From an uncultured Clostridia bacterium (lineage in GTDB: Bacteria; Bacillota; Clostridia; Christensenellales; UBA1242), in NCBI GenBank assembly GCA_934771475.1, contig CAKVMD010000001.1, positions 21,232 to 85,231 of the forward strand: a stretch of 64,000 nucleotides of DNA, in the 5' to 3' direction. This document shows, piece after piece, positions 18,122-28,091 of the stretch (positions within the stretch are counted from its first letter, which is position 1; the number at the start of each line of letters is the position of its first letter). Position numbers and translations under genes: made by a program. Under the pieces are notes generated by a model that was not told the origin of the DNA, did no database searches, and saw only the letters and a list, made by a program, of their open reading frames with translations.

Positions 18122-18817
18122 ATGTCAAAATCAAAACTTATTTGTCCTGAACATATTGCTATCATAATGGACGGAAACGGAAGATGGGCAACAAGAAGAG
18201 GGTTGCCTCGCTCTTTGGGACACAAAGAGGGTGTGGTAAGTGTTGAAAAAACTATTAATGCTTGCCTTGAGCTTGGAGTAAAAATCTGCACATTTTTTGC
18301 ATTTTCAACAGAGAATTGGAAACGAAGTAAGGAAGAAATTGATGGGATATTTTCGTTGCTTCGAGATTATATTGCCAAAGAGGAAAATATTTTTATTAAA
18401 AAGCATGTAAAACTAGACTATATTGGCGTTTTAGATCCATTTCCAGAAGATTTGAAAAAAGCGCTTTTAGATACCAAAGAAAAAACCAAAGATTATGATA
18501 ATTTAACGGTTATATTTGCTCTCAATTATGGCGGAAGAGACGACCTTGTGCGCGCGGTAAACAAACACATTGAAAACGGGGAGAAAGTGAACGAAAAAAG
18601 TTTACTAGAAAGTCTTGACACTGGCAAATATCCAGAGCCTGATATTGTTGTTAGGACTAGTGGCGAGCAACGATTGTCAAACTTTATGTTGTATCAAATG
18701 GCATATTCAGAACTTTATTTTCCAAAAGTTTTGTGGCCAGATTTTAATAAAAAACATCTTATTAAAATTATAAAAAACTTTAATAAGCGCGAAAGGAGAT
18801 TTGGAGGAATCAAATGA
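18122..18817 (+). CDS. uppS: isoprenyl transferase (undecaprenyl-diphosphate synthase)
   Basis: HIAIIMDGNGRWA and RTSGEQRLSNF motifs. Confidence 0.9.
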   Translation: MSKSKLICPEHIAIIMDGNGRWATRRGLPRSLGHKEGVVSVEKTINACLELGVKICTFFAFSTENWKRSKEEIDGIFSLLRDYIAKEENIFIKKHVKLDYIGVLDPFPEDLKKALLDTKEKTKDYDNLTVIFALNYGGRDDLVRAVNKHIENGEKVNEKSLLESLDTGKYPEPDIVVRTSGEQRLSNFMLYQMAYSELYFPKVLWPDFNKKHLIKIIKNFNKRERRFGGIK

Positions 18818-19779
18818 AAAAAAGACTTATTTCGGGGATGGTTTTCGTTTTAATAATCGCTCTCGGATTTGTTTTAAAATTTTATGTAAGCAACTACTTT
18901 TTTGACGCAATAATTCTTGCTGTTGCAGGGATTGGAGCGTTTGAAGCATCTAGAATGTTCTCAAAAATGGGTAAAGTAAACGATAAAATTATGTCGATAA
19001 TTTATCCCGCTTTTGCAATGATTACAGTGCTATTGTGTTTACATTTTGACGAAAAAATTGGAATTGTTTACACCATCGCCATCCTTGTGGGGTTAATGAT
19101 TTTGTTTTTCTTAATTACTTTTTGTGTGGCGTTACTTAACAAAAATACAACCACATTTGAGATGAAAAATCAAAATGTAAGTATGTCTAAGCCTAAATAT
19201 TGCTTAACAAAAGCGTTTAACACTGTGCTCACTTTTATTTATCCAACATTTTTAATTATGTTTTTGACATATATTAACCATTTTGAGCAGCTTAAAGGTT
19301 CTTTCGCTCGCTTAGGTGAGTATGGCGGAAGACTATCTTTGTTCGTGCTTCTTTTCACACTTTTAGTGCCAATTATAACCGATACTTTTGCATATCTTAC
19401 AGGCAGTATCATTGGTGGCAAAAAACTTGCGCCTAGCGTTAGCCCAAACAAAACAATCTCGGGGGCTGTTGGAGGGAGCGTTTGGTGCGTTGCCTTTGCT
19501 GTTGTAGTATTTTGTATCTTTAACGCTTTTTCAACTTATGAAGCAGTGTTTTCAAGTGCAGGTATAACCTTATGGAAAATCGCAATTATAGCGTTTGTTG
19601 GCTCAATTATTGGGCAATGTGGCGATTTGTTTGAGAGTTATCTTAAACGCCAAGCAGGAGTAAAAGATTCTGGCAAAATTATGCCTGGGCATGGTGGAAT
19701 TCTCGACAGATTTGACTCACACATTGCTGTTGCTCCAATAATGTTTATTGCGTTTGCGATAATATTTGCGCTTATTTAA
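18814..19779 (+). CDS. cdsA: phosphatidate cytidylyltransferase
   Basis: CdsA signature SYLKRQAGVKDSGKIMPGHGGILDRFDS. Polytopic membrane protein. Confidence 0.85.
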   Translation: MKKRLISGMVFVLIIALGFVLKFYVSNYFFDAIILAVAGIGAFEASRMFSKMGKVNDKIMSIIYPAFAMITVLLCLHFDEKIGIVYTIAILVGLMILFFLITFCVALLNKNTTTFEMKNQNVSMSKPKYCLTKAFNTVLTFIYPTFLIMFLTYINHFEQLKGSFARLGEYGGRLSLFVLLFTLLVPIITDTFAYLTGSIIGGKKLAPSVSPNKTISGAVGGSVWCVAFAVVVFCIFNAFSTYEAVFSSAGITLWKIAIIAFVGSIIGQCGDLFESYLKRQAGVKDSGKIMPGHGGILDRFDSHIAVAPIMFIAFAIIFALI

Positions 19780-19874
19780 TTTTTCTTATTTTGACAACAA
19801 ATTATATAAATCAATATTTTTTAAGTTGAAATATTCAGTGGAAACTGGTAAAATAAGCGTATGGGTGAGGTTTA

Positions 19875-21194
19875 ATGATAGTCCTTTATTTAATTCTAGC
19901 ATTGATGGTGCTTTTGCTTATGGTTTTAGTCCATGAGTTTGGACACTATGTAATTGGAAGAATGCTAAATTTTAAAATTAACGAATTTTCAATAGGGTTT
20001 GGAAAAGCAATTTTTTCAAAGAAAAATAAACGCGGGGAGTTGATTTCTCTGCGCATTTTTCCGCTGGGTGGATATTGCGCTTTTGCGGGCGAAGATGATG
20101 TTGACGGAAACAAAGCGGATTCATTTAACAATCAAAAACCATGGAAAAGAATTCTTGTATATCTCGCAGGAATAACCTTTAACTTTGCTTTTGCAGTGAT
20201 TACATCTGCAATACTTTTATGTACCATCGGCTATGACATACCACAAGTTAAAAATGTTCAATTAAACACAACAAAAATAACTGGGTTTATTGACAACAGC
20301 TTAGTTTATGGATACGACCCAAATGAAAGTTTGCAAGTTGGGGATGTAGTTTTGTCGGTTGACGGAAAGAAAATTGACTTTGCTTATGGTGAAAATTATA
20401 CAAATCTAATTACTAACCAATTTAAGGAATATGGACTTTTTTTAAGACAGGAACAACAAAAAGCGGATGAGAACGGTTTGACTTTTGATGAGAAAGCAAG
20501 TTTTGAAGCGTTTTATACCACTCATTCTTATAGTGCTATCGTTAAACGAAACGGACAGTTTGCAGAGGCGGAAATTGGTTTTGCTCAAATTGCGACAAAT
20601 CAAAAAGTTAAAGATGAAAAGGGCGACATTGTCTATGAAGAGGATGGTGTAACAGCAAAAACTGAAAAGGTTTATTTATATCTTAACAATGGTATTTCGG
20701 GAGCATATCAAATTAAGGTAACAAAGCGCACTGATGGCTGGGAAACTGCTAAAATTGAAATAATTCAGCATTCTGACGCGGGAACTGTCATGTCAGCTTA
20801 TGTTTATTCTGTTGGCGAAGCGATTGAAAGGGCTGTGCCATTCTCGTTTGGCCTTGCGTGGACAGTGCTTAAAAGTTTGTGGCAAATGATAACATTCCAA
20901 CTTCCACTTTCTTCACTTGGAGGTCCTATTACCACAATCGCAACAATCGCACAAGTGGCACAAGCAAACTTTTCATACCTATTGATTTTGATACCTTTGA
21001 TTTCTGCAAACCTCGCAATTTTCAACTTGTTGCCTATACCTGCGCTGGATGGTGCGCATGTAGTTTTCACAACAATAGAAGCAATCAGGAAAAAACCAAT
21101 CAAAAGAGAAGTCGAAAACATGATTCATACTGTTGGGCTTTTCATTTTGCTTGGATTTGTCGTTTTGGTTGACATTTTGCATTTCCTATTGTAA
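19875..21194 (+). CDS. rseP: RIP site-2 metalloprotease (RseP/RasP, peptidase M50)
   Basis: HEFGHY zinc motif in TM1, C-terminal NLLPIPALDG motif and a long central insert. Confidence 0.85.
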   Translation: MIVLYLILALMVLLLMVLVHEFGHYVIGRMLNFKINEFSIGFGKAIFSKKNKRGELISLRIFPLGGYCAFAGEDDVDGNKADSFNNQKPWKRILVYLAGITFNFAFAVITSAILLCTIGYDIPQVKNVQLNTTKITGFIDNSLVYGYDPNESLQVGDVVLSVDGKKIDFAYGENYTNLITNQFKEYGLFLRQEQQKADENGLTFDEKASFEAFYTTHSYSAIVKRNGQFAEAEIGFAQIATNQKVKDEKGDIVYEEDGVTAKTEKVYLYLNNGISGAYQIKVTKRTDGWETAKIEIIQHSDAGTVMSAYVYSVGEAIERAVPFSFGLAWTVLKSLWQMITFQLPLSSLGGPITTIATIAQVAQANFSYLLILIPLISANLAIFNLLPIPALDGAHVVFTTIEAIRKKPIKREVENMIHTVGLFILLGFVVLVDILHFLL

Positions 21195-21203
21195 AATTAT
21201 TGC

Positions 21204-22745
21204 ATGGAAAATATCGTAGAATGCTTAAACAAAAAGTTTAATAATAAGTATAACTATTTAAAACTCTTGAATGTTTTGTATGACCGCAATGCTCGTCTTG
21301 CGACCATTACTTTCCTTTATCCTTGTACAATGGACGAAGTCCCTATCGAGGATAAGGAAGAGGTTGAAAAATTCATTCAAGAGTTTTTGTCGTTACACGC
21401 AGATATTAAGGTTAAGTTTAGAAAAAGTTTCCTTGATGACAAACTTGTGGTAAACGAAGTAGAAGAATTTTTTAAAGAGAACAAAAAAGGATTGTTGCCA
21501 TATTTGAACAAAGACAATATTATGGCGTCCCACAATGAACTTAATGTTGAAGTAAAACTCACTTTAAATCAAGATGTTTTATCGCTTCTTGATGAAACCG
21601 AATTTAAAACTGAATTAAAAGAGTTCCTAGACAAGAGGTTTATTGCATCATTCCAAATTGAGATTGTAGAAAATGAGGAAAAGTTGCCTGATGAAATAGT
21701 AGCCGATGATATTATGCCTTCTTTGCCTAAAACGAGAAGATATAAGGTTGAAATTGAAAAAGAAATTATTGGCACTGGCATCAGTCCAAACCCAGAATAC
21801 ATAGAAGATATGAAAAAGCCGAAAGAGTCTGTGATACTTTCTGGCTTTATGACTAAACTCAATCAAAAGAAGTATATAGCGAAAAATGGTAAATTTAAGG
21901 GGAAAGAGAGAGTCTTGTACACATTTACTCTTCGAGATTCAAGCGGAGCAATCGAGTGCACTTATTTTTGCGGGAAAGCCCACGAAAAAGACATAGAGTC
22001 GCGTGAAGATATGTGCATGCTTATTTGTGTCGGGGATGTTAAAGAAGGATTTTCTGGCAAACTGGGTTATACCATCAGAAAACTTGCGCTTGCCCAGCCA
22101 GACCAAGATAAACAAGAGGAAGAAAAAACGGAAAGTAATCACAAGCATAAACAGGTGGTTTTTCCAAGTATTATGCAACGAAGCAATCAAGCACAACTTT
22201 TTGAAACCAAACCAAATTATAATGCTTTCATTATGAATAACGACATAGTGGTTTTTGATATTGAAACAACAGGGCTTGACCCAGAAAGCGACGAAATTAC
22301 CGAACTAGGTGCTGTTAAAATTGAACATGGTGAAGTTACCGAAAAATTTTCATCTTTTGTTAAACCAAATATTAGAATCCCCAAAGAGGTTGAAAATCTT
22401 ACTGGCATTTCTAATGAAATGGTTGCATTCGCCCCAAAAGTTGAAGATGTGATTGAAGATTTTTATAATTGGTCAAGAGGTTGTATTTTGAGTGGACACA
22501 ACATTGCGGGCTTCGATATGAAGTTTATTCGCAAGGCTGGTTCAAAAATTGGACTAAAATTTGATAACCAAATTATTGATACACTTATTGTTGCTCGCCA
22601 ATCCTCACTTCGTGTTCCAAACTATAAATTGGGCACTCTTGTTAAAGCGCTTGGACTGGTTTTGGTTGATGCGCATAGGGCATTTAATGACGCGTATGCA
22701 ACCGCTCAGGTGCTAATGGAATTAAATCGCGAGAAAAATAAATAA
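21204..22745 (+). CDS. PolC-like N-terminal domain + OB fold + DEDDh 3'-5' exonuclease, with no PHP or polymerase core
   Basis: The C-terminus (VVFDIETTGLDPESDEITELGAVK...GHNIAGFDMKF...HRAFNDAYAT) closely parallels the B. subtilis PolC exonuclease insert. The middle segment parallels the PolC OB domain. The gene sits where polC normally lies, between rseP and rimP. Confidence 0.7.
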   Translation: MENIVECLNKKFNNKYNYLKLLNVLYDRNARLATITFLYPCTMDEVPIEDKEEVEKFIQEFLSLHADIKVKFRKSFLDDKLVVNEVEEFFKENKKGLLPYLNKDNIMASHNELNVEVKLTLNQDVLSLLDETEFKTELKEFLDKRFIASFQIEIVENEEKLPDEIVADDIMPSLPKTRRYKVEIEKEIIGTGISPNPEYIEDMKKPKESVILSGFMTKLNQKKYIAKNGKFKGKERVLYTFTLRDSSGAIECTYFCGKAHEKDIESREDMCMLICVGDVKEGFSGKLGYTIRKLALAQPDQDKQEEEKTESNHKHKQVVFPSIMQRSNQAQLFETKPNYNAFIMNNDIVVFDIETTGLDPESDEITELGAVKIEHGEVTEKFSSFVKPNIRIPKEVENLTGISNEMVAFAPKVEDVIEDFYNWSRGCILSGHNIAGFDMKFIRKAGSKIGLKFDNQIIDTLIVARQSSLRVPNYKLGTLVKALGLVLVDAHRAFNDAYATAQVLMELNREKNK

Positions 22746-22792
22746 TTATTTCGAAAAATTATAGTAAAATTTTGATAAAATTTATATAAATA

Positions 22793-22822
22793 CTTGATTT
22801 TGCGTATATAATATGTTATAAT
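22793..22822 (+). promoter_or_regulatory. sigma-A-type promoter for the rimP-nusA-infB operon
   Basis: TTGATT-18 nt-TATAAT. Confidence 0.5.
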
Positions 22823-22894
22823 ACATCTAGACTAGAAGGTAAGGAGCGGGCAGTTATGCATCGCTCCTTACTTCGTAAAAAGGGAGGAAAAATC

Positions 22895-23356
22895 TTGTCT
22901 AAGAAAGTAAAAGAAATTTGCGAAGAAAAAATTTGTCCAATAATTGAAAATATGGGCTATCATGTTATTGAAGTCGAATATGCAAAAAAGAGTGATGGGA
23001 TGAACTTGACATTCTTTATTGATAAAGAGGACGGCATTAAAATAGACGATTGTGAAGCAGTTTCAAAAGCTATTGATGAGCCACTTGAAGAACTTAATCC
23101 AACCGGTGATGAGTCTTATGTTTTGAGCGTGAGTTCGCCAGGAATTGATAGACCACTTAAAACGGATTGGGATTTCAATCGTAATATGGGCAAAGAAATT
23201 GAGGTAACCTTATTTGCAAAACTCAATGGGCAAAAGAAATTTATCGGGACTTTGAAATCTTATGACCAAGAAAATGTTACACTTGAAACGAAAGGTGAAG
23301 ACATTAAATTCGACCGCAAACAAATTGCACACATTGTGCCAGTAATTAAATTTTAA
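22895..23356 (+). CDS. rimP: ribosome maturation factor RimP
   Basis: TTG start 8 nt after AAGGGAGG. The tracked ATG 22856 lies inside an upstream hairpin loop. Conserved position before nusA. Confidence 0.8.
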   Translation: MSKKVKEICEEKICPIIENMGYHVIEVEYAKKSDGMNLTFFIDKEDGIKIDDCEAVSKAIDEPLEELNPTGDESYVLSVSSPGIDRPLKTDWDFNRNMGKEIEVTLFAKLNGQKKFIGTLKSYDQENVTLETKGEDIKFDRKQIAHIVPVIKF

Positions 23357-23367
23357 GGAGAAACACT

Positions 23368-24531
23368 ATGATTAATAAAGATTTTTTCCAAGCACTTGAT
23401 GATTTGGAAGTTGAAAAGAAAATTAACAAAGAGGCTTTTATCGCAACATTAGAATCAGCGCTTACTTCGGCTTACAAAAAAATGTATGGCGAAGCAAAAT
23501 CTGCGATGGTAAAACTTAATCCAGAAAAAGCAACAATTAAGATTTATTCTTATAAGACCATTGTCGATGAAGTAACAGATCCAGACAAAGAGATTTCTCT
23601 TGCAGAAGCAAGACTTATTAAAAAATCTTACAAGGTTGGAGATACTGTTTTGGCAGAAGAGTCAACAAAAGATTTCGGAAGAATTGCCGCTCAAACAGCA
23701 AAACAAGTTGTAATGCAAAAACTTAAAGAAATGGAAAGACAAATGGCTGTTGATGAACTTTCAGAAAAAGAAGATGAACTTTTGACAACAGTTGTTAAGC
23801 GTGTTGAGAATGGAACAGTCTATGTTCAGCTTGCTTCGACTCACACTGAGGGTGTTATGCTCCCAGAAGACCAAATCCCTGGTGAAAAATATAATGTTGG
23901 GGATAGAGTTAAAGTTTATGTTAAGAGAATCAAAGATTCATTTAAAGGCACTCAAATTCAAGTTACTAGAAGCAATATTGGATTTGTTAGAAAACTTTTT
24001 GAACTTGAAATCCCAGAAGTTGCAAGCGGAGATATTGTTATAAAGAACATTTCTCGTGATGCAGGGAATAGAACAAAGGTTGCTGTTTACACCGACAAAC
24101 CAAATCTTGACCCTATCGGAACTTGTGTAGGTTTCCATGGACAAAGAATTGACACAATTACTAGTGAACTTAATGGCGAAAAAATTGACCTCATTGAATA
24201 TAGTGATGACCCACTTGAATATATTGCAAAAGCGCTTAGCCCAGCAAAAGTTTTAAGTGTTGAAACAAATGAAAGCCTACATTCATCTAGGGTTATTGTA
24301 CCAGACGACAAATTGTCGCTTGCTATCGGAAAGAGCGGACAAAATGTTAGACTCGCAGCAAGACTTACTGGTTGGAAGATTGAGGTTAAACCAGAAAGCG
24401 CAGTTAGCCAAGTTGAAAAGCACGAGCCAGAATATGAACTCACTGAGCTTAATGATGAAGAAGCATTTGATGGACTTGAAGACCTCGCTGACCTTGAAGA
24501 AATCGAAGATATATCTGGTAACGAAGAATAA
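23368..24531 (+). CDS. nusA: transcription termination/antitermination factor NusA
   Basis: NTD, S1 and two KH domains (LAIGKSGQNVRLAARLTGWKI), plus an acidic tail. Confidence 0.95.
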   Translation: MINKDFFQALDDLEVEKKINKEAFIATLESALTSAYKKMYGEAKSAMVKLNPEKATIKIYSYKTIVDEVTDPDKEISLAEARLIKKSYKVGDTVLAEESTKDFGRIAAQTAKQVVMQKLKEMERQMAVDELSEKEDELLTTVVKRVENGTVYVQLASTHTEGVMLPEDQIPGEKYNVGDRVKVYVKRIKDSFKGTQIQVTRSNIGFVRKLFELEIPEVASGDIVIKNISRDAGNRTKVAVYTDKPNLDPIGTCVGFHGQRIDTITSELNGEKIDLIEYSDDPLEYIAKALSPAKVLSVETNESLHSSRVIVPDDKLSLAIGKSGQNVRLAARLTGWKIEVKPESAVSQVEKHEPEYELTELNDEEAFDGLEDLADLEEIEDISGNEE

Positions 24532-24545
24532 GTAGGTGATAGGAT

Positions 24546-24803
24546 ATGGAAAAATTAAGAATGTGTGTGGCGTGCAGAGAAATGCATGACAAAAAGCAAC
24601 TTGTTAGAGTCGTGAAAGACAAAGACGGCAATATTTCCATAGATGAGACTGGCAAGAAAAATGGACGCGGTGCGTATGTTTGTAAAAACGAAGAATGTTT
24701 CAAAAAACTCACCAAAACAAAAGGCCTAAACAAAGCTTTTAAGTGTCTTGTGGATGATGAGATATACAAGCGCTTAGAGGAGGAGATTGTTGGAAACAAA
24801 TAA
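24546..24803 (+). CDS. ylxR: YlxR/RnpM-family RNA-binding protein (DUF448)
   Basis: RMCVACREMHDKKQLVRVV and GRGAYVC motifs. Follows nusA. Confidence 0.8.
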   Translation: MEKLRMCVACREMHDKKQLVRVVKDKDGNISIDETGKKNGRGAYVCKNEECFKKLTKTKGLNKAFKCLVDDEIYKRLEEEIVGNK

Positions 24804-25074
24804 AGTTCAAGGATACCTTAACATAGCGCAAAAGGCAGGATATGTGATTTGGGGCGGTGAGACGCTTGAAAATTATAATAAAAAACTTTATTTAGTGCTT
24901 TTTGATTCAAGTGCACAAAAATCAACTCAAAAAATTATATCTAAATTAAAAGAAAAACAAATAAAAATAATTCAGGTCGAAAACCTTGGAATGCTTGTAA
25001 ATAAACCCAACTGCAAGGTAATAGGCTTGAGAAACAAAAGTTTAAGCGAACAAATAGAGTCGCTACTTAATTAA
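24787..25074 (+). CDS. ylxQ: L7Ae-family protein YlxQ-like
   Basis: ~95 aa with a TTG start after GAGGAGGAG. Lies between ylxR and infB as in B. subtilis. Confidence 0.7.
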   Translation: MLETNKVQGYLNIAQKAGYVIWGGETLENYNKKLYLVLFDSSAQKSTQKIISKLKEKQIKIIQVENLGMLVNKPNCKVIGLRNKSLSEQIESLLN

Positions 25075-25085
25075 AGGAGTAAGGA

Positions 25086-27710
25086 TTGGCAAATCAAACA
25101 TTACAAAACTTAAAAAGAATTCATGACCTTCAAAAAGAGGGCGAAATTTCCAAAATCTTAATGGATATTCGTGCTTCTAAGACGAAGGTGGATTCGTTAC
25201 ATGCAAAACTTTCTTCCAAAAAGAAAGATATTGAAATTGCAGAGGCCAAAGCGCTTGAAAAGGAGCAACAGGCTAAAATAATTAATGAGCAAGTTAAAGA
25301 AGAAAAGCCCGCTGTTATAGACCAGCAAGAGCCAGTTTTTGCCACTCCAAAACCTGAAAAGATAGAAACTGCAAATCGAACATTTGACAATCCTAACAAT
25401 AGGTCGCGCAACTTTTCTAATTCTTACAATAACACAAATAACTCTTATAATAATAGAAAAGATGCTCCTTATGGTCAGCAAAGACAACAACGCAATTTTG
25501 GCGCGGATAGACCACAAGGACAGAATCGTCAAGGCGGTTATGCTAATAATGGTTTTAATAACAATTTTAACAGAGATAGAAATGTAAGACCATTTGGCAA
25601 TCGTCCACAACAAAATGGAACTGGAAGACCACAGTCTCAACAAAATGGAACAAATCGACGCTTTGGAAATAACAACTTTGTTTCATCAAAGGGCAACAAT
25701 TTTAAATCTTTTGCAAGTAACGATGCTCCTGAAATTGATGTAAAAAATGATAGAAATTATGCTAATAAAGCCAAATTTGCTCAAAAGCATAGTAGCAATA
25801 GTTATGATGAGAAGAAAAAGCAAACTAACAGAAGAGATGAAGGCAAAAGAGGAAATATCTTTATTGAGGATGAAAATGGATTTGAAGAAATCTCATTTGG
25901 TTCTAGAAAAAGCGTAAAGAAGAAAAAGGAGACAACTGCAACTGTTGTTACGGCAATTAAAAATGCAGTTTTAACTTCAAAAGAAATCACCGTAAAAGAT
26001 TTCAGTGAAAAGATTGGTAAGCCAGTAACGGAAATCGTGAAGAAACTTATGCTTCTTGGGGTTATGGCAACTATTAACTCAAACATTGATTATGAAACTG
26101 CCGAACTTGTCGCAAACGATTTTGGAATTACGATTGAACTTAAAATCGACAAAACTTACGAAGAGAAATTGCTTGAATCTGCTGAAAGCCATGAGGAAGG
26201 GGAAATGCTTGTTAAGCGTCCTCCAATCGTCGCTGTTATGGGACATGTTGACCATGGTAAAACTTCTCTTCTTGATGCATTTAGAAAGACTAATGTTGTT
26301 GCTGGCGAAGCAGGTGGAATTACTCAAAGTATAGGCGCTTATCAAATTGAGTTTAATGGTGAAAAAATAACCTTTATTGATACTCCTGGACACGCTGCCT
26401 TCACACAAATGCGTGCACGTGGTGCAAAAGCAACAGACATCGCAATCCTTGTCGTTGCCGCAGACGATGGCGTTATGCCTCAAACAGTGGAAGCAATTAA
26501 TCATATAAAGGCTGCAAATGTGCCTATTATTGTTGCAATTAACAAGATGGATAAGCCAGAAGCGAACCCAGAAAGAATAAAACAGCAACTTGCAGAGCAC
26601 AATGTACTCCCAGAAGAATGGGGTGGAGATGCAATTTGCGTTCCTATTTCAGCGAAGACAGGAATGGGGCTTGACGAACTCAAACAAACAATTTTACTTG
26701 TTGCAGAAATGCAAGAATTGAAAGCAAATCCAGACAAAATGGCAACAGGCGTTATCATTGAAGCAGAACTTGACAAAAACAGGGGTCCTGTGGCGTCAAT
26801 GATTGTTCAAAATGGTACACTTCATGTTGGTGATTCAATTATGTCAGGTATCACTTATGGTAAAGTTCGTGCTATGATTGGCGCAAATGGTAAACCTGTT
26901 AAATCGGCGGGTCCATCAACCCCTGTTGAAATCCTTGGATTTAACGAAGTTCCTTCTTCTGGTGATCAAGTTTATGCAGTTGAAGAAACCTTATCTAAAC
27001 AGGTCATCCAAGAAAGAATTGACAACATTAAGAAGGAAAGAGCAAAACATTCTTCTGGTGTAACTCTTGACAACTTTATGAACAGAGTTCAAGAAGGGAC
27101 ATTAAAAAATCTCAATGTTATTCTCAAAGCAGATACTGTGGGCTCTGTGGAAGCGCTTAAAAATACTCTCCTTACGATTAGAAACGAGGAAGCAAAAGTT
27201 AATATTGTTCATAGTGGGGCAGGTGCTGTTACAGAAGGGGATATCATTCTTGCTCAAACTACTGGTTCAGTTATTATTTCATTTAATCAGAAAACACCAT
27301 CAAAAGTTGCAAGCATGGCAGATAATTTGAAAGTACAAATCAAGGAATACAAGATTATCTACGAAGTGGTGGATGACATCACTGATGCAGTAAACGGAAT
27401 GTTGAGTGTTAAATATCAAGAAGTTTACATTGGAAACGCGGAAATCAGGGTTATTTTCAAACTTTCGACTGCTGGAAAAATTGCAGGAAGTTATATCAAA
27501 GATGGTAAGGCAACACGAAATTGTATTGCCATAGTAAAACGCGGAAACGAAAAACTTGGCAAGACAATCGTTGAATCACTTAAAATTGTTAAGGACGAAA
27601 AGGCAGAAGTTACAAAAGGATATGAATGTGGTATTAAATTAAGAGATAATATCGACATTAAAGAGGGCGATACAATCGACTTTTATGCAAAAGAAGTCGT
27701 TAAGAGATAG
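25086..27710 (+). CDS. infB: translation initiation factor IF-2 with N/Q/R/G-rich N-terminal region
   Basis: TTG start after AAAGGAG. G-domain motifs [14 protein letters not shown] and NKMD. Confidence 0.95.
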   Translation: MANQTLQNLKRIHDLQKEGEISKILMDIRASKTKVDSLHAKLSSKKKDIEIAEAKALEKEQQAKIINEQVKEEKPAVIDQQEPVFATPKPEKIETANRTFDNPNNRSRNFSNSYNNTNNSYNNRKDAPYGQQRQQRNFGADRPQGQNRQGGYANNGFNNNFNRDRNVRPFGNRPQQNGTGRPQSQQNGTNRRFGNNNFVSSKGNNFKSFASNDAPEIDVKNDRNYANKAKFAQKHSSNSYDEKKKQTNRRDEGKRGNIFIEDENGFEEISFGSRKSVKKKKETTATVVTAIKNAVLTSKEITVKDFSEKIGKPVTEIVKKLMLLGVMATINSNIDYETAELVANDFGITIELKIDKTYEEKLLESAESHEEGEMLVKRPPIVAVMGHVDHGKTSLLDAFRKTNVVAGEAGGITQSIGAYQIEFNGEKITFIDTPGHAAFTQMRARGAKATDIAILVVAADDGVMPQTVEAINHIKAANVPIIVAINKMDKPEANPERIKQQLAEHNVLPEEWGGDAICVPISAKTGMGLDELKQTILLVAEMQELKANPDKMATGVIIEAELDKNRGPVASMIVQNGTLHVGDSIMSGITYGKVRAMIGANGKPVKSAGPSTPVEILGFNEVPSSGDQVYAVEETLSKQVIQERIDNIKKERAKHSSGVTLDNFMNRVQEGTLKNLNVILKADTVGSVEALKNTLLTIRNEEAKVNIVHSGAGAVTEGDIILAQTTGSVIISFNQKTPSKVASMADNLKVQIKEYKIIYEVVDDITDAVNGMLSVKYQEVYIGNAEIRVIFKLSTAGKIAGSYIKDGKATRNCIAIVKRGNEKLGKTIVESLKIVKDEKAEVTKGYECGIKLRDNIDIKEGDTIDFYAKEVVKR

Positions 27711-27719
27711 GAGGCGAAT

Positions 27720-28091
27720 ATGTCAATAAGATTTGAAAGAGCAAATAGCGAACTCCAAAGATGTATTTCAAACATTATTCAAAATCAACTTAACGACCCA
27801 CGCCTCAGCCCACTTCTTTATATCAGTGAGGTTGAGGTAACTCCTGATTTTAAATATTGCAAAGTTAAAGTTGCACTTGATAGCGAGGACAAAAAGGAAC
27901 TTGACCAAACTATCGCAATTTTACAAAAAAGTGAAGGTTTTATCAAAAAACAACTTGCTCAAATGGTTAGAATGCCTTATATGCCAAAACTCAATTTTGT
28001 TATTGATAAGGGAACGCAAGCGACCGTCAGAGTAAATGAGTTACTTAAAGGGCTTAACATACCTCATGAGGACGAAGGAGACAATGATTAA
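27720..28091 (+). CDS. rbfA: ribosome-binding factor A
   Basis: RANSELQRCISNIIQNQLNDPRL N-terminus. Follows infB. Confidence 0.9.
   Translation: MSIRFERANSELQRCISNIIQNQLNDPRLSPLLYISEVEVTPDFKYCKVKVALDSEDKKELDQTIAILQKSEGFIKKQLAQMVRMPYMPKLNFVIDKGTQATVRVNELLKGLNIPHEDEGDND

Noticed and set aside
25130-26776. Several long antisense or alternative-frame ORFs inside infB.
   Set aside because: They are embedded in an unambiguous IF-2 gene. This is typical of stop-poor frames in purine-rich coding sequence.
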